Positions 47,131 to 57,711 are shown, counted from the stretch's first letter. The stretch is DNA of 64,000 nucleotides from an uncultured Phycisphaerales bacterium (GCA_963844715.1 CAWJPJ010000006.1:800001-864000), one strand, 5' to 3'. Numbers and translations are program-made. The notes: generated from the letters alone by a model not told the origin.

Positions 47131-47380
47131 CGGCTTGGCTGTTTGATGAATATTGAATAAATTGGGCTGGAGGATTGGTTAGGGCGCGGTCCATGGAACA
47201 GCTTGGAGTGGGACTATATTCCGACATCCTGCATGCCTTCTGCCCTCGGTTAGCGTCGTCGTGTTTGACGAGGAAAAAAATGTCCACGTAATTCACCGAT
47301 CTTATCTAAAGAGCATCGGATTATATGAGTGATATGCGAGAAGGGACTTGTGGACGGTCGCTCCGGGAAAGGACCCCTTT

Positions 47381-47842
47381 ATGACCGCAGTTCTTCTCAC
47401 CCGCCACGATCCCGACTTTTCACTTCTGAACGGCAATATAAACCCTTCACGCTCATTTTACGCACAAATGTATCGCGATTACGAGCGGAAATGCCGCCTA
47501 TTGGCTGACGCCGCCGGCGTCAATCAGTTTCTTTGGGCAGTGGAAAAGTCCAAAGGCTTCAAGCATTTCGAGATGATCAAGCTTGTGGAATGGGAAATAG
47601 GCGTGGACGAAAGCCGAGTCCTCGGCTACGTAGAGGACCGCGCATGGTTCGCATTCCTGCAGGGTCAGCGCGCCGGTCTCCAAGGATGCTTCTTTCGAAA
47701 ACGGCCGCACCGGCACGATGGAAGCGTCCTGGTTCCATTCCCGCTTCGGCAAGACGAAATTCTGAAGAAGCGAATATACGAATTTCTTAACCCAAACAAA
47801 GCGAGAGTAATCCAAGAGTTGTCCTTCAATAGAACCCAATAA
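47381..47842 (+). CDS. hypothetical protein in lower-GC island
   Basis: Clean 153-aa ORF from ATG 47381, convergent with the ATPase gene. No motif recognised. Confidence 0.55.
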   Translation: MTAVLLTRHDPDFSLLNGNINPSRSFYAQMYRDYERKCRLLADAAGVNQFLWAVEKSKGFKHFEMIKLVEWEIGVDESRVLGYVEDRAWFAFLQGQRAGLQGCFFRKRPHRHDGSVLVPFPLRQDEILKKRIYEFLNPNKARVIQELSFNRTQ

Positions 47843-47856
47843 GACAGCGCTATCGG

Positions 47857-49377
47857 TTATGGTTGGCGAGCTAAAGCCGACTGAATTTCCTGCAATATTG
47901 TAATCACCTCGGCCGCCGATACCTGAAACTCGTTCCTCGCCACCTCTTCATTAACTCGAATAAACTCCTCAACTTTCGCCAAGAGCACTCTTTTCGCCTC
48001 TCGCTTCTCTCGTTTGTCCAATAGACTAAGGGCCGACGTCGCATCGGCCTCAAAACGCTGCGGGTAATATTTTTCGAAATCGTGCTGAGCTAGCTGACGA
48101 AACTGCCCCCGGTTCCAACCATGGTATTTCTCAACCAATTTACGCAGAATTTCGCTCTCGGTCTCGCCCCCATCCACTATCACCCAAGCCTTATTTCTGT
48201 ACACGGGCTCCAAGTTCAGAAAACAGATCAGATCATTGAAGGTGTCGAATCTCGGCTCCACCTTTGAGAGCGAACCGGCGGAAAAAGTCCGCACGCGACC
48301 ACTCAAGTCCGGTAAGAACCAAGGAATTAAGTACTCCCGAATGATCTTCTCGGCCGACGACTCCTCCAAAAACAGCCAGGCGCTCCACAGATAGTCATCA
48401 GCAAGCTCGTACCCGAGCTCGTCAAGCACCTCGTGGCGCGCCTCCGTCGTGCGCTCCACTTCTCGCACCTCAGCCGTTGGAATCGAAGAAGGCGGCGACA
48501 ACTGGCAGACGCGGAAGACTTTTGCGTCGGCGATCCCGCCAAGCCTCCTCAATACCACGTTCGAATGCGTCGTAATCAGAAATTGATTTGTTTTAGCCTT
48601 ATCAACGATAACATCGAGCAAGCCCTTCAGCGCCCTGGGATGCAAATCGTTTTCGGGCTCTTCGATAATAAAGAGCTTATCATCGGCCAGGCTTAAATCG
48701 GCCAAAATGGCGACCAAACTCATAACGCCCTCCCCCATTTGTGAGAGTGGTATCCGCGAAAAATTATCGATCATGTAGACCGCCTGTTTTCCGCCCGGAC
48801 TTCCACTCGTGGTGATCCTTAGCCCAAGAATCCGCTCGCATGCGTCCATAAAATATTTGCACGCCGGAATGCCGGGATTGCACAGCTTGTCGACCTTTGC
48901 AACCAAGAACTGAAAGTTTGGCATTACGCTATCGGTGGTGTCGGCATTTATTGTCTCGACCAGGTCGGTGACTTTGCGCTTGGCCCCAAAAAGATAGATG
49001 AAGTTATCTGGCGACTTACCAGGGAATGGAGTTAGGGGACTCTCTTGCCTATGCGGACCGGTGGCGGTTGTGGTAAAAGTAGTCATGCTTGGCCCACCTC
49101 TCCCAACGATCTTCCTGATTTTGCCTAGGTTCGCCGGCAAAAAAGGCGGGGGCTTGGCCCACCCGAGCTCAATCGTAACGGTCAATCTCTGATCACCCTC
49201 CCTAATGTCGGCGGGTAGAAGCTGAGGGAAGCGATCCTGAAGCGACAGCAGCGGCCGAAGAAGCGTCGACTTGCCCGCATTGTTCGGGCCAACGATCACG
49301 TTGACGCCCTTCGAAAGCTGCAGTTCGAATGTGGGGAAACACCGAAGGCCTTCGCCGCTTATATTCTTGACCCACAT
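47857..49377 (-). CDS. ABC/AAA ATPase with TOPRIM-like C-terminal domain (OLD-family-like ATP-dependent nuclease)
   Basis: Walker A GPNNAGKS, signature SQMGEG, Walker B IIEEPENDLHP, H-loop ITTHS, then LFLEESSAE and VIVDGG. Confidence 0.75.
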   Translation of the reverse strand: MWVKNISGEGLRCFPTFELQLSKGVNVIVGPNNAGKSTLLRPLLSLQDRFPQLLPADIREGDQRLTVTIELGWAKPPPFLPANLGKIRKIVGRGGPSMTTFTTTATGPHRQESPLTPFPGKSPDNFIYLFGAKRKVTDLVETINADTTDSVMPNFQFLVAKVDKLCNPGIPACKYFMDACERILGLRITTSGSPGGKQAVYMIDNFSRIPLSQMGEGVMSLVAILADLSLADDKLFIIEEPENDLHPRALKGLLDVIVDKAKTNQFLITTHSNVVLRRLGGIADAKVFRVCQLSPPSSIPTAEVREVERTTEARHEVLDELGYELADDYLWSAWLFLEESSAEKIIREYLIPWFLPDLSGRVRTFSAGSLSKVEPRFDTFNDLICFLNLEPVYRNKAWVIVDGGETESEILRKLVEKYHGWNRGQFRQLAQHDFEKYYPQRFEADATSALSLLDKREKREAKRVLLAKVEEFIRVNEEVARNEFQVSAAEVITILQEIQSALARQP

Positions 49378-50451
49378 CCTTAAATCCCTTTTTTTGAACG
49401 GCCTCCTCGGCAAACAGAGGCTACCGCCGCCGCCGGGGTGTGGCAAATCGTGCGGCGCTTTCACCGGGACGCTATTACTTGCGGAAAAAAAAACGCGAAA
49501 CTTGTAAAACTCCCCGCCGATCACCGAGTGCCACGGACGGCGCATCCCCGGTGCCTACTTGATTCCGGTCAGGCCAGTTCGGACCAGCGTTCCCTTTGAC
49601 CGACGGTTGAGTCGACCTATCCTCCGTTTCCTATCGTTGCCCGGGCTCGCCGACTCCCCGCCACCGAAACTGAATATTCAAAAACGAATTTCCAAATACC
49701 GCTTTTGGAAATACGCCAGGTCCATTCCGAATTAATTCCAATTTCCATTTTTTAGCCCAAAGACCGCCGTTTTGAACAAGCCGCAGGACCCCCGTGGCGA
49801 CATTCATCGTTCATCGTTTCCCCCCGACCCGCAACTGGCAACTGGCAACTAATATGCATTTTTTAATATATCTCCCCCCCCCGCAACCCCCAGCCGCCCC
49901 GCCACTTGCGCGCACCCAAAAAATTAAATCTTCTTGCTACGAACGTATGCATTTTTTGATATACCACTGCCTACTGCCTTTTTAAGCTGCCAAACGCGGT
50001 CTTCTTCCCCTAGCAACAAACAACCAGCCGAAGGGCCGCCGTGGTGGCCAACCAGTAACGTGTCTATTAAACATTAAACAGACACCGCAACTCAAGTCCC
50101 CCCAATAACTTCCCCCAAAAAAGTCCCCAATTTCAGTTCGAATCGAAAAAATGTTGCGCAGCTTACCCCCATTTTTTTCCAAAATGATTTATTTTCCCTG
50201 CCCTGAGCCAAGTCGAAGGGGCCCTCTACTGCCCCACTTTTCCAGATCGCCGCGGCCGCAATGCGCGGGGAAATTCAGATTAAGATTATGATTACGATTA
50301 CGATTAAGAGAAGGATTAGGATGCTTTGCCGGCAACTAGCCGAAGGGCCGCCGTGGCGGTCAACTAACAACTGGCAACTGTTCTTATCCATGCAAATTCC
50401 CATCCGTGATATCCGCGAAATCCGTGGTCAAATGAATTGGAAGATCTAACA

Positions 50452-50889
50452 ATGAAACCACCGACAAATATCGAAGTGTTATTCGTCGCCGGGTTTGGGC
50501 CGATCGTTCAGGACCTCGCCGCTGCTCGGAAGTTTTATGGCCAGGCCTTGGGCTTGCCCCTGAAGGAAGAGCCCAATGGCTACATGCACACCGGCGCAAT
50601 CGACGGCGTGAAGCATTTCGCCCTCTGGCCGCTCGAACAGGCGGCAGAGAGTTGTTTCGGCCGCAGCGAGTGGCCCGCCGATCTTCCCGTGCCGCAGGCT
50701 TGGTTGGAGTTTGATGTAGCCGATATCGAAAAAGCCACGGCCGAGTTGAAGTCGCAAGGCTACAAACTGCTGATCGCAATGCGAAAAGAACCCTGGGGCC
50801 AAACCGTGACAAGATTACTAAGCCCCGAAGGCTTGCTGGTAGGAGTGACATATACTCCCGCGATGCGGGGCGGGGAGGGGAAAGATTAG
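50452..50889 (+). CDS. VOC/glyoxalase-family protein
   Basis: VLFVAGFGPIVQD, FYGQALGL, WLEFDVADI and EPWGQTVTRLLSPEGLLVG. Confidence 0.85.
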   Translation: MKPPTNIEVLFVAGFGPIVQDLAAARKFYGQALGLPLKEEPNGYMHTGAIDGVKHFALWPLEQAAESCFGRSEWPADLPVPQAWLEFDVADIEKATAELKSQGYKLLIAMRKEPWGQTVTRLLSPEGLLVGVTYTPAMRGGEGKD

Positions 50890-51150
50890 GATTACGATTA
50901 AGATTGATCTGAGTTGTCAGTTGTTAGTTGCCAGCTGCCAGTGAGGGGCGGAGATTTAACCGCGGATTTCGCGGATGGCGCGGATAAGAATTCAAATCTG
51001 GTAGGGACAACGAGACTAAAAGGCTTGGAGACGGAGAGACTTGGAGACGGAGTGGGTCGCAAGAAAATGGTCTTCTCTGCATCCGTGCGTATCTGTGAAA
51101 TCCGTGGTTGAATCAGAATTCCTTGGCGTGCTTGGCGGGTTGGCGATTTA
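50884..51150. repeat. composite tract of 6-, 7-, 9- and 8-mer periodic repeats
   Basis: GATTAN x4 (50884-50907) and AGTTGYY x4 (50912-50941). Inverted 9-mer arms at 50958-50985 and 51081-51109 enclose GAGACNNN octamers (51004-51051). TTGGCG triplet at 51123-51146. Confidence 0.8.
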
Positions 51151-51270
51151 TATCTATTGCGGGGGCGTTGGGTTGCCTTGGCGGCAACGGGGGATTGCAG
51201 TTATTGGGGATTGATTGCCGTGGGGGCAACTAATTGGTAGAATGCGGGTCGGGAACCCGGCGGGGTTGTG

Positions 51271-53326
51271 ATGGCTTACCTGTCGCGCATTTTCTGTCTA
51301 TCCGATCAAGGCGCTGGAGGGGGTGTCGGTTGATGCGGCCAGGGTTTTGGAGACGGGGGCGCTGGCGGATGATCGACGGTTTGCCATCTTTGATGCTTCG
51401 GGGGGATTCGTTAATGGGAAACGAAATCATCGGGTGCATCTGCTGCGGTCTGCGTTTGATCCGGCTAGCGCGGAATTGAGAGTTTGGAGCGCGGAATCGG
51501 CTTCGCGAAATGCGGACCCCCTCCCTTACCCTCCCCCTGAGTACATGGGGAGGGAACAAGAAGACGGCGCGTCGATAAAAGAAGAGGTCCCTCACGCCAA
51601 CCCGCGGACTGCCCCTCACCCTAGCCCTCTCCCCGAGTACAGGGAGAGGGGAAAAGAGCACGGGGAACGGAGGCAAGAGGACAGGGAGAGGGGACCGGAG
51701 GGGAAGACCTTCAATGTGTTCTCTGAGCGGGCGGGGTTGGAGGAATGGCTTTCGGGATTTTTTGGGGAGCGGGTTTGGTTTCGGGAGAATTCGGATGTGG
51801 GGTTTCCGGATGATTTGGAGTCGCCGGGGCCTACGCTTGTGAGTACGGCTACGCTCCGCGCGGTGGCGGAATGGTTTGGGCTTTCTCTCGAACAGACTCG
51901 GGCGCGGTTTCGGACTAATTTGGAGGTGGATGGGGTGCCGCCGTTTTGGGAGGACCGGTTGTATGGGGTGCGCGGGGTTGTGGTGCGATTTAGTTTGGGG
52001 GAGATCGTTCTCGATGGGATTAATCCTTGTCAGAGGTGTGTGGTGCCGGCGCGCGATCCGGGGACGGGGGTTGGTTTGGCGGAGTTTGCGAAACGGTTCG
52101 TGGAGTTGAGGCGGAAGTATTTGCCGGACTGGGCGGAGGAGTCGCGGTTCAATCATTTTTATCGGCTGGCGATCAATACGCGGCTCGTGGATCGCGGAAG
52201 TGGGATGTGCGTTCAGGCCGGGGACGAGGTGAAGGTGATTGGGCCGCGGGGGACGGCGGCGGTGCCGGCGCCGGCGCCAAAAACGGGGAAGTGGTCGGGG
52301 AAGTTGCTTGTGCGGGAGGTTTTGCAGACTACGGCGTCGGTGCGGACGTTTCGATTGGGGGCGGTGGATGGGGGGAATTTGCCGTTCACGCATTTGCCGG
52401 GACAGTTTTTGAATATTGAGGTGCCGATCGGGGGGGTGAAGCATCGGCGGTGTTATACGATCGCGTCGCCGCCGACGCGGGTGGAGTATTGCGATTTGAC
52501 GGTGAAGCGGGAGGAGGAAGGGACGGTTTCGCGGTACCTGCACGATGCGGTGCGCGCGGGAATGGAGATCGAGGCGTCGGGGCCGGGGGGGAAGTTTGTG
52601 TTTACGGGGGAAGAGGCGGATGCGGTGATGCTGGTTGGGGGCGGGGTGGGGATTACGCCGCTGATGTCGGTGATTCGGTATCTGACGGATCGGAAGTGGC
52701 CGGGGAGGATTGAGCTGGTTTATTGTGCCAAGAGCGTCGAGGAGATTATTTTTCGCGATGAGTTGGAGAAGTTGGCGGCGGCGCATGGGAATTTGCGGGT
52801 GACGATGACTTTGACTCGGGAATTGAATGGGCGTTGGGCTGGGGAGCGCGGGCGCATCAGCGCGGAGATGTTGAGAAGGTGCTTGCCGGAGGCGAAGCGG
52901 AGGAGATTGCATGTTTGCGGGCCGGTGGAAATGGCGGGAGAGGTGACGCGGATGCTGCGCGAGGTGGGAGCAGGCGCGGAGGAGATTTATTCGGAGGCGT
53001 TCGGGGGGAAATTTGCGAACGGCAATGGGAACGGGAACGGGCATGCGAAGAATGGCGGGCCCATTGTGGGGTCGGTGACGTTTGCGGAATCGGGGAAATC
53101 GGTGGGTTTGCATGCGGGGCAGTGCGTGCTCGATGGAGCGAAGACGGCGGGGATTGGGATCGACCGCGGTTGCCTGGCGGGGATTTGCGGGAGGTGCAAG
53201 GTGCGCGTGCTCTCGGGAGAGGTGACGATGGAGGTGGACGAGGGGCTGGGGGAAGAGGATCGCCGCAACGGGTTTGTGCTGGCTTGTCAGGCGAAGGTAT
53301 CGGGCAGCTTGGTGGTGGAAGCTTGA
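51271..53326 (+). CDS. MOSC-domain protein fused to FAD/NAD-binding reductase and 2Fe-2S ferredoxin; frameshift near 51295; ~65-aa REP-derived insertion
   Basis: YPIKALEG, DRRFAI, RFRTNL, CQRCVVP, RCYTIAS, GGGVGITP, HVCGP and CLAGICGRC...LACQ. Confidence 0.85.
51516..51702. repeat. REP-like palindromes inside the MOSC coding sequence
   Basis: ccccctcccttaccctccccctgagtacatggggaggg, gcccctcaccctagccctctccccgagtacagggagagggg and a partial acagggagagggg. Confidence 0.8.
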
Positions 53327-53339
53327 GGGAAATCAATAT

Positions 53340-53395
53340 AGTTGCGAGTTGCCAGTAAGAGATTTAACCGCGGATTTCGCGGATGGCGCGGATAA
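53340..53395. repeat. heptamer tract plus 37-bp exact copy of 50951-50987
   Basis: agttgcgagttgccag followed by gagatttaaccgcggatttcgcggatggcgcggataa. Confidence 0.85.
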
Positions 53396-53510
53396 AAGGA
53401 CGAAATGGTGGTTTTTGTTTTCGGCGGGCATCCCCGTAGTCGGTGGTCAGCAGTTTTTCTTCGCGGTGGGAGTTTACCTGCCGGGGCGGTCGTGCTGCGC
53501 GGTGGGAAAA

Positions 53511-54991
53511 TTATTTGATTTCTGCTTGCGGGGGGGAGTCTGAGACGGGTTGAGTGGTGGGGTTCCAGTGGGCGGCGTTGGTTGGGGTTAGTTGGCCTGT
53601 GACTCTGAGTAAATCCAGATAGAAAACTGTGCGGTCGAAATTGGCACTGGTGTAGACCAGCTGGGCATTGAGGAGGGTGTCCTGGGCGACCAGGACATCT
53701 AGGGGGATGGCCAAGCCGTTGTCCAGGAGTTGCTCGGATTGCTGTCTGGCGTCGGCGGCGGCTTTTACTTCGAGGGCTAAATCCGTTAGCTGCTTTTCTG
53801 TGGATTCGAGATTGTCGTAGGAGATCATGACGTCCTGGTCGATCTGGCGGCGGAGCATGTGCTGATAGAGGGCGGCCTGGCGGAGGCGCGACCAGGCGTC
53901 GCGGACGTCGGCTTCGATGATGCCCGCGGAGAAGATCGGGAGATTGGCCATCAGAATCGCGTCCCACTTGCTGGCGTCGGAATAATATCGGCGGAAGAGA
54001 AAGCCGGCGACGTTGAGGGAGACGGTGGGGTAATACTCGGCGATGGCGGCGTCAACGGAACTTTTTGCGGCGCGGACGCCGTCGGCGGCGGCGAGGAGGT
54101 CCTGGCGCGTATCGGCGGCGGTGTCGCGGTATTGATCGACGTCGGGGAGGGTTTGGGGGACTTGAACGTCGTCACTGAGGGGACCGTCGACGGCGGGGAC
54201 ACCGATGAGGAAGGCTAGGGTGTGACGGCCGTTCTGTACGTCGGTTAGAGCCTGGCGCAGATCGGCGCGGGTGGCGGCGACTTGTGATTCGGTTTGGGAA
54301 ACTTCCAGGGCCAGAGCGAGGTGGTTGGCGTAGCGTCCGTTGACATCGCGCAAGCGGGCGTCGTCGACGGCGAGCGAATCGCGCAGCACCGGCGCACCTG
54401 CTGCTCGGAACGCAGCACCTGGTAATAGGTTTGGGCTACGTTGAGGAGAACGGTCTCCTGGGCGTCTAAAAGCAGTTGCTTTTGCTGGGCGATGCGCTGG
54501 TTGGCGGTTTCGAGATTGCCGAAGGAGGAGGGGTTGAGGGACATGGCTCCGACGACGGGGACTTCGACGGCGTGCCAGGTATTGCCGGAGACGACGAATC
54601 CGGAACCCTTGGCTGCCGACTGAACCTGGCCGGATGTGGCGGGTAAGGGCGGGTTGGTACCGACGGCGGGTTGCTGCTCGATGGTGAAGGAAGGTTGCAA
54701 ACTGACCGTCGGGAGGAACGCGGCGACGGCGCGATTCTTATCGATCAGGGCCTGGAGATAATTTTCGCCATTGAGGGCGACTTCTTCATTGTCCTGATTG
54801 GCAAGCTGCATCGCGCGAGCCAGGGTGAGAAGCTGCCCGCTTTGATAGGCGCGAGGGCGCGTGGTTTGTCCCGCGTCTAACACATCGCGATAGGTTTGGA
54901 CCTCGGCGTGCTGATTGACGCAGCCGGAGAGAAACATCGCCAATGCGAGGGCCATGCACAGGAAAAAGGGGGTTGTCCATCGGCATGGCAT
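53511..54991 (-). CDS. TolC-family outer-membrane efflux lipoprotein; frameshift near 54390
   Basis: Lipobox LSGC, LTLARAMQLA, VAQTYYQVL, RQDLLAA, YYPTVSL, LPIFSAG and LDVLVAQ. Confidence 0.82.
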
Positions 54992-55010
54992 GGTTGAGAC
55001 GGTTCCTTGG

Positions 55011-55556
55011 TTATGGGCGGACCGCCGCGGCCGGGGGATTGGGGATTTCGTGTTGCCCATTGGATTTAATATCGGGATCGGCGCCGTAAATTCCTGAAAG
55101 GAGTTGCATGGCTTCGACGACGGCGTGGCGCTGGGCGGCCGAGAGGGGCGACAGTTGTTTGGAGAGTTGCTTTTGCGTCGCTTGGCGGGAGATTCGAAAA
55201 GCTGCCGCGCTGCGCGGGGTGAGAGCGAGGGAGACTTGGCGTCGATCATCGCGGCAGATTTTTCTGGCGACCAGTCGGCGCGAGACCAGGCCATCGACCA
55301 TTCGCGAAGCGGCCGGGAGACTGGTGCCGACGTAATCGGCCAGAGTCGAGAGGGAAGCCTTCGGACAAAAGCTGAGCAGAGCCAGGGCGCGGAACTGAGG
55401 AACGGAGAGATCGGCGAGCCTATGATCGCGCATAAGCCGACGAATGGCGCGGACCACGCGCGGAGCGACATTGAGTAACTGGCGGGCGCATTCGTCGGAG
55501 GAAACCTCCGAAGGCGGCGGGCTCGCCGGTTCGCTTGCCGTGGTTAATAGTTGCAT
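55011..55556 (-). CDS. MarR-family transcriptional regulator
   Basis: LSVPQFRAL, LADYVGTSLPAASRMVDGLVSRRLV and DDRRQVSLALT. Confidence 0.88.
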   Translation of the reverse strand: MQLLTTASEPASPPPSEVSSDECARQLLNVAPRVVRAIRRLMRDHRLADLSVPQFRALALLSFCPKASLSTLADYVGTSLPAASRMVDGLVSRRLVARKICRDDRRQVSLALTPRSAAAFRISRQATQKQLSKQLSPLSAAQRHAVVEAMQLLSGIYGADPDIKSNGQHEIPNPPAAAVRP

Positions 55557-55729
55557 TAGGCAAATAAATATACCCCCCGCCGCGGAAGGCGACAAGATGA
55601 GGAGTGGTCATTCATGTAAGGGGCTAGATGTACTGGGGTTAGATGGGTTTTTTGATGGCGATTTGTTTTGTTGTGTGAACAGGCTTACCTGGTTTGTCGT
55701 ACCTATAATAAATTAGTCCTCCTTCCCTG

Positions 55730-55767
55730 GGTGGCGTGGAAACCGAGAGGTCCACGCCACCTTTTTT
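55730..55767 (+). terminator. intrinsic terminator hairpin
   Basis: ggtggcgtgga-N10-tccacgccacc followed by tttttt. Confidence 0.7.
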
Positions 55768-55806
55768 ATTGGAGGTGGTAGACTGTGAACCGATAGGATT
55801 CTTCAG

Positions 55807-56067
55807 ATGACGCTTGCGGTTCCAATTTCGGAGGCGGCCGAACGGCGCCTGGCGGACAAGGCGAGGGCCGCGGGGGTGGATCTTCCCACCTTTGTCGCCC
55901 GCCTGTTGGAAGCCGAGGCTCGCCGCCCGAGTCTGGCTGAACTCAGCGAGGACGTGCAGGGCAATTTTGAGCGGTCGAAAATGAGCGAAGAGGAACTGGG
56001 GGAGCGGCTGGAGGAGGAGAAGCACGCCGCTCGCGCGGCTCGGCGCGGGAAGCCCTTCGCCGAGTGA
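55807..56067 (+). CDS. putative antitoxin (small, RHH-like N-terminus)
   Basis: 86 aa, MTLAVPISEAAERRLADKARAAG, 4 nt upstream of the PIN gene. Confidence 0.65.
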   Translation: MTLAVPISEAAERRLADKARAAGVDLPTFVARLLEAEARRPSLAELSEDVQGNFERSKMSEEELGERLEEEKHAARAARRGKPFAE

Positions 56068-56071
56068 CGCT

Positions 56072-56527
56072 GTGCATAAGGCCGTCTTCGACTGCAATAT
56101 CTTCGCACAAGCTTTGATCAATTCGAACGGTCCCTCGGGGATTTGTGTTCAGGCCGTCCTAAATGGCGAAGTTACGCTGTTCATTGCCGACTTTGTGATC
56201 GCGGAAATTCGCGACATACCAAATAAGCCCACTCCGGCCAGATTGGGCGTGAGCGCCCAAAAGGCGGAAACTCTTGTTCAGCTTCTGCTTATCAAGTCGG
56301 AGTTGATCTCCAGCTTCCCCTCCCAATTCATTCATCCGATCGACGAGAACGACTCGGACTACATCAACCTTGCGCTCGCGGCCGACGCGAAGTTGATCGT
56401 GTCGCGAGATCGCCACCTCTTGAATCTGAATAATCCGTTGAAGCCATGGTCGGCTGATTTCCGGGCACGATTCCCACATCTTCAGGTCATCAGCCCCGTG
56501 CAATTGCTGGCCGAGTTGCGTCGATAG
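56072..56527 (+). CDS. PIN-domain toxin
   Basis: AVFDCNIF, AEI, IDENDSDYINLA and IVSRDRHLL acidic PIN tetrad. Confidence 0.85.
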   Translation: MHKAVFDCNIFAQALINSNGPSGICVQAVLNGEVTLFIADFVIAEIRDIPNKPTPARLGVSAQKAETLVQLLLIKSELISSFPSQFIHPIDENDSDYINLALAADAKLIVSRDRHLLNLNNPLKPWSADFRARFPHLQVISPVQLLAELRR

Positions 56528-56678
56528 GTTCGTCCCAGCGGAATGCCAGACCAACCTGTTATGGGTTGCCCGGAAGATGTCCCCTCCCCACCACAACGAT
56601 TTACAGTTCGATCCGCACGAAATAAAAAAACATTTTTTTGATTCTAATCCTGAAACCGGCCGGAATAGACTTGGGATC

Positions 56679-57688
56679 ATGCACGCGATGGTTTTGCACA
56701 AGGCTGGGCCGATTGAGACGAATCCTTTGACGTTTGAGGAGATCGCGGAGCCTGTGCCTTCTAGCGGGGAAGTTCGGGTGAAGGTGAGCGTTTGCGCGGT
56801 TTGTCGAACGGATTTGCATATTGTGGAGGGGGATATTTCGCCGCCGAAGTTGCCGATTGTGCCGGGGCACCAGGTTGTGGGGATTGTGGATCGGGTGGGG
56901 GCGAATTGCCGGCGGCTGAAGATGGGGCAGCGGATCGGCGTGGCGTGGCTGCGGCATGCTTGCGGGGTTTGCCGGTTTTGTACTTCGGGCGCGAGAATCT
57001 TTGCGAGTTTTCGCAGTACGCGGGGTTTCATGCCAACGGGGGATATGCGGAATTTGCGAATGTGCCGGAGGATTTTGCTTACGAATTGCCGGAAGGGTAC
57101 GACGATGTCGCGGTGTCGCCGCTGCTTTGCGCGGGGATCATTGGGTATCGGGCGTTCAAGCGGTGCAATCCGAAGCCGGGGGACAAGATCGGGGTCTTTG
57201 GGTTCGGGTCGTCGGCTCACATCATGCTTCAGATCGCCAAGCATCGGGGGCATGAAGTTTATGTGGTCTCGCGAAGCAAGAATCATCAGGAACTGGCCAG
57301 GCAAATCGGCGCGACCTGGTGTGGCGGGGATGCGAAGCAGATTCCGGTGAAACTCAACTCGGCCATCGTCTTTGCGCCGGCCGGGCCGGTAGTGCTGGAA
57401 GCGCTGTCGTCGATCGACAGGGGTGGCATAGTCTCATTGGCGGGGATTCACATGACGCCGATTCCGGAATTGGATTACGATAAGTATTTATATGGGGAGC
57501 GGGATATTCATCCGGTCGAAGCGAATACGCGCGAGGATGGGAGGGAGCTGCTGAGCGAATCCGCGGCGGCGGGCGTGCGGGCGCATACGACCGAGTATGA
57601 GCTGAAGGATGCGAATCGCGCGCTGGCGGATTTGAAGGCGAACAAAATCGACGGGAGCGCGGTTTTGCTTATTTCAAAGAGCAGTTAA
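56679..57688 (+). CDS. zinc-dependent alcohol dehydrogenase family protein; frameshift near 56990
   Basis: CAVCRTDLH, VPGHQVVG, CGVCRFC..ENLC, PLLCAGIIGYR and GFGSSAH. Confidence 0.9.
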
Positions 57689-57711
57689 AGCCAAAAGGCG
57701 AAGAGTTTTTT

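Noticed and set aside
46642..47146. Short ORFs with IKIKIK or ILILIL runs as real peptides
   Set aside because: They are translations of the hexamer DNA repeat.
51230..53113. 627-aa antisense ORF, and similar long shadow ORFs (2482..3543, 7175..8218, 25292..26539, most of 33353..34579)
   Set aside because: They lie opposite well-supported genes, have Arg/Pro-rich or motif-free translations, and are expected in high-GC DNA.
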